Assembly: GCF_009834535.1 (NCBI RefSeq)
Contig: NC_045696.1
Coordinates: forward strand, 87,484,001-87,548,000
Length of the DNA: 64,000 bases
Direction of reading: 5' to 3'
DNA from: Camelus ferus
Taxonomy: Eukaryota
The stretch's first letter is position 1, and each line of letters begins with the position of its first letter. The position numbers were made by a program, and so were the translations under genes. Positions 54,867 to 64,000 of the stretch are shown one piece after another. The notes beneath the pieces are model-generated. The model was not told where the DNA came from. It searched no databases and saw only the letters and a program-made list of their open reading frames with translations.

Positions 54867-55059
54867 CAGTTGATCCTGGAACAATGAGGGTTGGAACTGC
54901 TTGGGTCCCATTTGGAGATATTTTTCAAAAGTAAACACTACAGTACTACAAGGTCTGTGGTTGGTTGAACCCTCATATGTGGAAGAACCGGGAATATGGG
55001 GGGCCTGCCGATTGTAAATTATACGAGGATTAACCTCCACATTATTCCAGGGTCAAGAG
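54867..55059 (+). mobile_element. Tigger2-derived MITE (Tigger2a-like)
   Basis: TIR-like cagttgatcctggaacaa ... ttattccagggtcaagag, flanked by TA. Confidence 0.8.
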
Positions 55060-55489
55060 TATTATCAAGTGAGAAAACTTGAATAATTTAGTAATGAATT
55101 TGATGTCCTTTATTCAAAGGAACACAATCCATAGATTGGGGGAGTCCAGTGCCTTATAAGCTGTAGAACATTGTTCCCAAGAAATTTTGGGCAAGAGAGA
55201 CTTTCACAGAGTGCTGAAAAGGCACCGTGGAAACAGGACATGACTGGAGAGGAGGATTTCCTTCTAAGGCCAGCAGGTCCTATTTTTGAGGGTAAGGTCA
55301 GAGAGCTAAAGCTGAAACGGAGGACTATAATTGGTGTATGTTTAGGTTTCCCTGACAGGTGTTTCTCGTAAGTGCAGGCTGACTTAGGTTGAGATTTGTG
55401 ATGTGCTGTGGGCCACGGGGGTAGCCTCCATTTTGTGAGTTTCAATATAGGAATTAAGTTTGTCAATAAAATATATAATTGTTCTGTTC

Positions 55490-55495
55490 CCAATT

Positions 55496-55557
<62 letters not shown>

Positions 55558-56423
55558 TTGGGGGTGGGTGCGGAGAGTTCTCACAGCACAAGCTATTCTC
55601 TGTGACAGCAGTTAGGTGTCCTACAATTTAACTCAATTCTGAAAATATCTACTTGGAGATAGCATCAGATCCCACTTGGTCCCACAGGATGCCCCCACCC
55701 CACTTCAGAAGCCAAATGCAAGTACAGATTTGTCACCTGTGGTTCTGTGTTTCTGTAAGTCAGCGGTTCCCATGCCCCGCTCCTGAGGTTTGATTAACTT
55801 GCTAAAGCGGCTCAGAGAACTCAAGGAAACAGTTACTTACGTTTACAGATGACAGCCAGATGAAGAGCCGCACAGGGCAAGGTCTGGGAGGGTCCCCAGT
55901 GCAGGAGCGTCCTTCCCTTTTTAGAACTGGGACCCATCAACCTCAGGAGACGTGTATGTTTTACCATCCTGGAGGCTCTCTGAACCCAGCCCTCACAGGG
56001 TTTTATGGAGGCTTTGTTGCAAAGGTGTGACTGGTTAAATCATTGACCCTTGTTAATTGATTTAAACTCCAGCCCCTCTCACCTCCCTGGAAATAAGGAG
56101 GAGGGTCTGAAAGTTTCGACCTAGTCATGGTTGTTTTCCCTGACAGCCAGCCCCCATCCCTTGGTCCTTTCGGAAAGTCAGCTCACTAGCATAAACCCAG
56201 TTGTGGTGGAACAGGGCTTGTTATGAATAACAACACATGCATTTCACCTTCATGGCTCTGAAGTGATTTTAGGAACTGAGGACAAGAGACCAAATATTAT
56301 GACAGAAAAATGCACCCACTGCTCTTATTGCTCAGGAAATTCCAAGGGTTTTGGGAGCTGTGAGCCCAGAACCATGAAGGAAGAACAAATTATATATTTA
56401 TGTATTATAAATCACAATATCAC
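55490..56423 (-). mobile_element. ERVL LTR, MER21-like
   Basis: ggtgtcctacaatttaactcaattctga...atagcatcagatccca...tttgattaacttgctaaagcggctcagagaactca...aaatcacaatatcaca. Confidence 0.85.
55498..55556. repeat. (TG)n microsatellite
   Basis: Direct observation. Confidence 0.95.
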
Positions 56424-56822
56424 ATATACAGATAAAATATATACATGAATATATAAAATAGCAGGGGTGCTAGCTCCCTAAAATACCCTATGTTGATCAA
56501 ACGACATATGCTAGGTGGTAGCAAGCAGAATGGGAGAAAAATAAAAACACTGTCTTAGTAGAATTGATTGCTTGGAGGGATCTTAATCAGGTGAATACAC
56601 TCAAAGTAATGAGACAGCTGTCTCCAGAGAAATTAGACTTTTATTTGGCCATAGAGATTGAAATTAAGACTAAGGATGAAAGCTACGGCGAGATAAGATT
56701 AAACTTTATGTTAATGAAGAAGATCTGTGTAATATTCAGACCCCACAAATACAGGATGTCTGCTTGAGAGATAATAAATTCACAGTTACCATAACTGTTC
56801 AAGTTAAAATTAAAACAGTTAC

Positions 56823-56981
56823 TTAGTGGCATCACTGTGGATGTCATCCAAGTCTAAGATGTGACCTTGTAGTTAAAACATTTAAGGCACTTTATTAGAC
56901 TGAAAGGTATATGAAACTAGTATAGGGGGAATCAGTTTAACACGGACTGTTAGCCCCTCTTTTTCTCCTTTTACTGATGAC
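56823..56981 (-). pseudogene. Pseudo-exon (phase 2->2): SSVKGEKEGLTVRVKLIPPILVSYTFQSNKVP*MF*LQGHILDLDDIHSDAT
   Basis: Acceptor ttttttatattttataacag|, donor AA|gtaact, 159 nt; phase fits next candidate exon. Confidence 0.45.
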
Positions 56982-57220
56982 CTGTTATAAAATATAAAAA
57001 ATAAAGTGGGCCAATCACAGGTGTAAGTTGTAATCCCTCCAACCACAATTTAACACAATTTAACTCATAAGCCCTGCTAAGGAAGTAAACCTGTATTTGC
57101 AGTAACTCAAATCAGTCTGGGAGGCAAATCAACATGAAAGTGCTGCCTCCGATTTATTTACACTGAGGGGCTCCTGGGCCTGTGGAAAGGCCTTCAGCAC
57201 CCCCCAGAATTAAAACATAC

Positions 57221-58125
57221 ATGCTCAGACTTTGAATTTATTAAATAACAAAACAACAGCAAAGACTTTGTTTTATGCTTTCTCTTTCAACATCCAAATT
57301 TCCACCCATTACCTCTTTTAGAGCATCTTTTTTGGCCCTGGATATAGCACTACATCCACACTTTCAACATCAAAACTTCATATTGTAATTTGGGGAGGGC
57401 ATGATGCTTTACCTGAACTAGTCCTGTGCAGTCTTGCTTGGGAGAAAACCCTAATGTTACTTTCTTGTCTTCCAGGGAAGTATTATGCTTTTTAAGGTCA
57501 GAACCTTCAAAGAGTCTGTCCTCTGTTTTTCTTTCTCTCGTTGATGCCAATTACTATTAAGATGATATATCTCCCTTTATGTATTCTTGGTTCTAATTTT
57601 ATGAGAAACTTTGCTTTCTCAGAGAGTTATTAACTTTTTTTAATAGCATTGTCTGAACTCAAATATACTAAATGTTATACTGGAAATTTTACTTTTTCAA
57701 CATTATATCCCCAGAAGAAACACTAAACATAAATATTAGGAAGAACCTCCTCAAAAATGGTGTTCAAACACAGAATTGTATTATCTGAATCTTCCTTCTT
57801 AGAAAAAAAGACTTAAGGATTTGATAAAGAAATTGTTTTCAGGTATCAGAGATTTTAACTCATTTTGTGATTCTGTAATTTATATAAAATATCACTATTT
57901 GCACATATATCTTATTTTAATAATAGGGCCTTAGATTATCAGTAAATTTTTTCCCTGAGAATAGCACTTTTTTGAAAAGAACATTTTTGTGCCTAAAAGA
58001 AAGTCACAAAAAACTTGTATCTCCTGTAATCAAATTATTTCAAGTTTTGTTAACTGTTCATCTAGCATATTTTTCAATGCTTACAAAATTAAGAAGTCAT
58101 TTTATACATTCCAGCTTTCTTGTTT
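57221..58125 (-). pseudogene. Possible large 5' pseudo-exon of the fossil gene
   Basis: Acceptor ttttcttttaaacaaacctataatag| and donor AT|gtatgt. Contains the K/E-rich open stretch ASTRERKTEDRLFEGSDLKKHNTSLEDKKVTLGFSPKQDCTGLVQ; several stops and frameshifts are needed. Confidence 0.3.
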
Positions 58126-59173
58126 CTATTATAGGTTTGTTTAAAAGAAAAACATGTTAAGAAAAAAATATATAAATCTTCCTATATCACTATCTTGAAC
58201 CAGAACCCCAAGTTGTGGCATCTTAATAAAATTTAAGAATAAAGGAACTACACTAAGATGAAGCTAACATTCTGATTGAATGCCAAGGAGGGTCTTAGGA
58301 AAAGTCTATCTTTGAAGCATTAAGATTGTATTTTTAGGAACAGCTTAGAATAGTTTGAATGAAAGGATTGAAACTCCACTTTAACTGGCAGGACCATTAC
58401 ATTCCTGTTTTCCTGCCCTCAGTTCTCACCTCCTCTCATGGACACACTGCATGTATAGCTATGTACGAAACAATTCCTCTGGAAAAACCTAAAAACTGGT
58501 GGAGGGACCCTTTCACATCAGACAAATGAGCAGGAAACCACACAGAAGTATGCAGGAAAGACTGAGACAAGACACAATCTGTCTATGAACCCCATCCTAG
58601 GGCTGTGACCCCTAGTTGGGAAGGAACACACAAACTGGAGCTTCTCTCTGAGGAACAAGAGGGTGGTGCCCCACACCAGGTATCCCAGCTTTTAAGACCA
58701 GCCCTTCAAAGATGACCCCCAAAACATCTGGCTTTGTAAACCAACACAGCTCACATCCTTGAGACCCACAGAGTTGTGGCGAAATGAGGAACGTCTCTTA
58801 AAGGGCTCATGCCCAGATTCACCCACCCCACGGCCCAGCACAGAAGCTGTCCTTGAAAAAGAGCCCAGAAATCACGTGAAAGGAATCACTTCCTAATTTT
58901 AAAGCTTTGGTTTAAGGGGAAGAAGCCTGTTGTGATCATCTTTGGGAAGGGAGGCTGGTGGGCACCATGGGCTTGCTCTCCCTCTGCCTTGCTAGAGTTG
59001 GCAGGTGCAATTTTTTTTTAACTTTTTTGCAGGCACCATCTTTATGTGCTAACTGGCAGGTGCTATCTTGTGCTCTCTATGCCTGGCTAAAGCCAGTTGA
59101 CATCTTTTTTTTTTCTTTCCCTTGTGTCTTCTCTCTCTCTCTCTCTCTCTTTTTCCTATTTCTTTTCCTCCCC

Positions 59174-59177
<4 letters not shown>

Positions 59178-59216
<39 letters not shown>
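59178..59216. repeat. Poly(T) tract in L1 5'UTR
   Basis: Direct observation. Confidence 0.95.
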
Positions 59217-59217
<1 letters not shown>

Positions 59218-61596
59218 GCGAGTATCATCTTTCTATTGCCCCTCTGCCATGCTCCAGAGCACCAGTATCTCCCAGAGGGGTGCATCTACACACATCTGGT
59301 GCCCTGGTCTTTACAACTGGTAACACAGTTTTTGCAGCTGCCACCCAGGAGAAATCCCTTGGTCTCCTGGCTCCGGAGGCCAGGAGGCAGGCTTGTGTTC
59401 CTGAGTCCCATGGTACTGTAACAATTGGATACATGGTTCTTGGCAGACAACCACTCCCAGGGCACTGCACAGACAGCACACTGCTTCTCCACGAAGGAGA
59501 AGGCTTCCAGTTTGCCACACTTCAGGGGCCCATGGAGGTGCTCTCAGGAATGAAGCCTGGTGTATGCAATCAAGACCCCCTCCCACTTGCTGATATCTTC
59601 CGTAAAGGAAATTCTATGCTTCTGTGGGATCCTGATTTTTGCAGCTGCAGCCAGGAGACAACTCTACATCTCCTGGCTCTGGTGACCAGGGGGGCCTTCC
59701 GTGCAAATATCCCATAGGACTGGAACCAATGGACAAGTGTTCTCCAATAGCTACTGCCCCCCAGGGCACAGCAAGAAGCAACAGACACAGGAGCTCAATC
59801 TTTCTGGAAAGAGACCTATTACCTTATCACTGTATCTTCAGCCTGAAGGGCAGGCTTCTAATTAAACACACACTTAAGGGATATAAACCTTTCCTAAGAC
59901 CTTAGAATGTGGGCACTGTGTTTTGTACTCTCTCTTTCTCTGCCATATTCCACAGCATCAAGGTCTCTTGGAGGGGAGCTCTTATATGTGTTTGGCACCC
60001 CAATTTGTATATCTGGTGCCCGGTTTTTGTGGCTGCCACCCAGGGATATGCCTTGATCACCTGGCTGTGTTGGTCAGGAGGGCTTACGTTCTTGGGCCCC
60101 ATGGGACAGTAACAACTGGAGGGACAGTTCCTGACAGGCTGCCATACCCAGGGCACTGCACAGACAGCAGGCTGAAACATACCGCCAGCCTTTCTGTGAA
60201 AGAGGCCCATGTGTCTGTCCTGGAGCTTTGGCTTTAGGTTTGACACAATCTAGAGGGTATGGAGGTGCTTTCAAGGAACAAAGGCTGGGGGAATGCCATC
60301 TTTGAGCTCTATTTCTGCCTCACTACAGCTCACTTGTATCTTCTATAAGGACCCTGCACACTCCTCTGGAGCCCTGAATTTTGAGACTTCTGCCTAAGGG
60401 ACATTGCCAGATTGCCTGGCTCCAGTGGCCAGTGGAGTTTACACTTCTGGTGCCAGGGGTATATATATTTGCATTCTTTAAAAGCTGTTGCCTGTGGGTC
60501 TAGATTCCAATCAGTCTAAGTCTAGGTACTGGATAGAATCCTCCTTTTAGGGACACTGACTGGTCCTCAACTACCAGGAGCTATAAAAGGAAAATAGGTT
60601 ATTTGGATAATCACAAAGGTTTGAGAGACAACAAAGAGCTAGGGCAGGGTTGAATGATAAGGTTCATCTCCTGCAAAAGGGCAACATGTCTATACTGGGA
60701 GAAGTGCCTCTTCCATCTAATGCAAGGAAACTGACACAGAGAGTTAAGCAAAATAAAGAAATAGAGAAATGAATTCCAAATAAAAGAATAAGATAAAATG
60801 TTAGGGGAAAAACCTTTATAAAAAGGAGATAAATAATTTACCCAACAAAAAGTTTAATGTAATAGTCATAAAGATGCTCATCAAACTTGAGAAAAATGGA
60901 TGAACACAGTGAAAACTTCAACAGAGAGATAGAAAACATAAGATAGTTCCAAACAGAAGACACAGGACTAAAGAATTCAATAACTGAACTGAAAAGTGCA
61001 CTAGAAAGTTTCAACAAAAGAAAACTTTTGTTCATGAAGCAGAACAAAAGAGCAGTGAATTCTAAGACAGGGCAGAGGAACTCACCAATCAGAGCAGCAA
61101 AAAGAAAAAAAAAGAATTTTAAAAAGTAAAGGCAGCTTAAAGGTCTTATTGGTCAACATTGAATGCACTAACATTCACATTGTAAAAGACCCAGAAGGCA
61201 AAGAGAGAGAAAAATTGGCAGAAACCTTATTTGAGGAAATAATGGTTGAAAGTTTCTCTAAAGAAACAGACATCCAGATCCAGGAAGTCCACAGAATTAC
61301 AAATAAGATGAACTCAAAGAAACCCACAGTATTATATTATAACATATAATACATTGTAATTCAGATGTCAAAACTTAAAGACAAGGATGGACTCTTAAAA
61401 GCAGCAAGAGAAAACTAACTTGTTACATACAAGGAAACCCCTGTAACCCCTACCAGTAGAATTTTCAGTGGAAACAATTGTAGGCCAAAGGGAGTGGTGT
61501 GATGCATTCAAAGGGCTGAAAGAAAAAAAAAATTTTCAACCAAGAATATGTAACCCAGCAAGATTATCATTCAGAATTGAAGGAAAGATAAAGAGT

Positions 61597-61820
61597 TTTC
61601 CAAGGCCAGTTATTCCTGGGTCATCTTCTGGTCCCCGGAGGCCTGCAACAGGATCTCCTTAGTCTCTTTAGCTTCTTGATAGTCTCTGGCCAATTTTTCA
61701 TTCTAGCTCTGGGCATGCTTCCATTCCTGTTCAAGTTCCAGAGCCCTGTGGGTCTGTTCTTCCAGTTCTTGCTGAACCTTCTTAGTATATTCCTTGATCT
61801 GCTTCAGTCTCTCTAGCAGC
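61597..61820 (-). pseudogene. MSN: Moesin mRNA fragment (coiled-coil region) inserted antisense into L1 ORF1
   Basis: Minus strand translates [72 protein letters not shown], matching moesin [74 protein letters not shown] as recalled. Confidence 0.92.
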
Positions 61821-63470
61821 AAGAGCAAAAGCTAACAAAGTTCATCACCACTAAACCAGCCTCACAAGACAAATTAAAGGGGCTTCTTTAAGCTGAAACA
61901 AAGAGTACTAATTAGTAATAAGAAAACTTACAGAAGTGTAACCTTGCTGGTGACAGTAAATATATAGTTAAGGTAGTGGACTAATCATTTATGAAGCTAG
62001 TATGATGGTTAAAAGATTAATGGAGCAAAAATAACTAAGTACAGTAATTAGTAAGGAATATATAAGATAAAAAGATATAAAGTTTGACATCAAAAACATA
62101 AAACGTGAGTGGGGGGAACATTAAAAATGCAGAGTTTTAAAACATTCAAACTTAAGTTGTCATCAACTTAAAATAGATTGTTTTAAGATACAAGTTGTTA
62201 TATATAAGCCTCATGGTAACCACAAAGCATAAATCTCTAATAAATACAAAAAAGATAATGAGAAAGGAATCCAAGATACCACTAAAAGTCATAAAACCAC
62301 AAAGGAAGAGAGCAAAAGGAGAAAGGAACAGAGAAACTGCAAAACAGGCAGAAAACAGTTAACAAAAGGGCAGTAAGTATATATCTATCAATAGTTACTT
62401 TAAATGTAAATGAAGTAAATTATGCAACTAAAAAACAGAGAGTGGGTGAATGGATTAAAAAAAAAAAGACCCATCTATATCCATCTGTATGTTGCCACTT
62501 CAGATGTAACGATATATACAAACTTGAAGTGAAGGGATGAAAAAATACATTCCATGAAAATGAAAATCAAAAGAAAGCTGGACTAGCTATACTTATATCA
62601 GATAAAATAGATTTAAAACAGGTAGGAGACAAGGGTATTACATGTTGCTAAAGATGTCTATCCAACAAGAAGATATACATTTCTAAATATTTATGCACTC
62701 AACATAAAAGCACCTAAATACATAAAGCAGATATTAATAGACCTAAATGGAGAAATATATAGCAGTATGATAATAGTAGAGGACTTTAATACTCCACTTA
62801 ACCAATGGATAGATCATCCAGAAAGAAAATCAGTAAAGAAAATGTTGGCTTTAAATGATATGCTAGATCAGATGGACTTAATAGATTTATATAGAACTAA
62901 ATAGATTTATATATTCCATATAAAAGAAAGAGAATACATATTCTTCTCAAGTGCACATGGAACATTCTCCAGGATAAATTATATGTTAGGCCACAAAACA
63001 AGTCTTGACAAAGTTAAGAAGACTGAAGTCATACCACCCCTCCTTTCTGACCACAATGGTATGAAGCTAGAAATCAAACACGAGAAGAAAACTGGAAATG
63101 ACAAAGATTGAAGCAGTAATGAACATAGCAGAGACTAAAAAGACAATAGAAAGGATCAACAAAATCAAAGCTGGTTCTCTGAATAGATAAACAAAACTGA
63201 AAAACATTGAGTTAGACTCACCAAGAAAAAAAGAGAATTTAAATAAATAAAATCAGAAATGAAAGAGGACATTTTACAAGTGCTATCACTGAAATACAAA
63301 TGATTATAATAGGCAACTACATACAATTATATATATCAACAAATTGGACAACCTAGAAGAAATAGATAAATTCTTGAACTATACAATGTTCCAAGACTAA
63401 GTCATGAAGAAACAGGAACTCTGAACAGACTAATTACTAGTAAGAAGAATGACTCAATTAAAACCTTCCT

Positions 63471-63648
63471 GGGTGGAGGGTATGGCTCAAGTTGTAGTAA
63501 AGCATGCTTAGTATGCATGAAGTCCTGTGTTCAATCCCCAGTAGCTCCTCTAAAAATACACAAACCTAATTACCCCTCCACCAAAATGAAATAATTAAAT
63601 AATACTATAATAAATAAATAAAATTTTTTAAAAATAAAAATAAAAAAT
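63471..63648 (+). mobile_element. Camelid-type tRNA-derived SINE (vic-1-like) inserted in L1 ORF2
   Basis: gggtggagggtatggctcaagttgtagtaaagcatgcttagtatgcatgaagtcctgtgttcaatccccagtagctcc head, AT-rich tail, flanking near-TSD aaaaccttcc/aaaacctccc. Confidence 0.85.
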
Positions 63649-64000
63649 AAAAACCTCCCAACAAACAAAAGTCCAGGACCAAATGGTTTCACTGATTAAT
63701 TCTACCAAACATTCAAAGAATAATTAATACCAATTCTTCTCAAACCCTTCCAAAAAAATTGAAGTGGAAGGAGCACTTCCAAACTCATTTTTATGAGGCC
63801 AGCATTACTCTGATGCAAAACTAGACAAGGTTATCACAAGAAAAGAAAATTACAGGCCAATATCCCTGATGAACATGGAAGCAGAAGTCCTCAACAAAAT
63901 ATTAGCAAACCTAATTCAATAATACTTTAAAAATATCATACCCCATGATCAAATCAGATTTATCTGAGGATGCAGGGATGCTTAAACATCTAAAAATTGA

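Larger units (their letters stand above)
2000..58125 (-). pseudogene. Decayed multi-exon protein-coding gene (unitary pseudogene candidate, ~20 exons); C-terminal half VWA-like
   Basis: Series of minus-strand segments bounded by AG acceptors (mostly polypyrimidine-preceded) and GT donors. The 14 exons from 32167 to 2557 (~1.8 kb) join in phase with 2 inferred frameshifts and about 21 in-frame stops. The translation is protein-like but not recognised. Confidence 0.7.
58415..64000 (+). mobile_element. Long degenerate LINE-1: repeated 5'UTR (~58415-60700), ORF1 (~60730-61890), ORF2 endonuclease and onward (~62370 to window end)
   Basis: ORF1p motifs ([57 protein letters not shown]) and ORF2 motifs ([55 protein letters not shown]), all interrupted by stops and frameshifts. 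Confidence 0.95.

Noticed and set aside
55384..55605. ORFs with THTH/CVCV repeats
   Set aside because: (TG)n microsatellite translation
58958..60274. Overlapping ORFs up to 206 aa
   Set aside because: They lie in the L1 5'UTR repeats and translate poly(T)/(CT)n tracts
1..64000. CRISPR array, prokaryotic operon or intact autonomous transposon
   Set aside because: Sequence is clearly mammalian; no spacer-repeat array; all element ORFs are disrupted

Overview
AT-rich, repeat-dense mammalian genomic DNA, most likely camelid (two vic-1-like tRNA-derived SINEs plus cetartiodactyl-type L1 3' ends). No intact protein-coding gene is present, and most ORF-track entries are artefacts of repeats or low-complexity sequence. 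Manual reading of the minus strand shows a chain of about 20 decayed exons with GT/AG splice signals running from about 58.1 kb down to about 2.0 kb. The 14 exons between 32167 and 2557 join in phase with only two inferred frameshifts but carry many premature stops. This looks like an unannotated unitary pseudogene whose C-terminal half resembles a MIDAS-less VWA domain followed by a beta-rich segment and helices; I cannot name the gene. The last 5.6 kb is an old L1 with a repeated 5'UTR, an antisense moesin (MSN) mRNA fragment in ORF1 and a SINE in ORF2. The rest is ancient L1M/L2/MIR, LTRs (MLT1, MER21-, LTR78-, MER89/90-like), DNA transposon relics (MER33, MER53, Tigger) and microsatellites. 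Repeat subfamily names are from memory of consensus sequences and need RepeatMasker confirmation.
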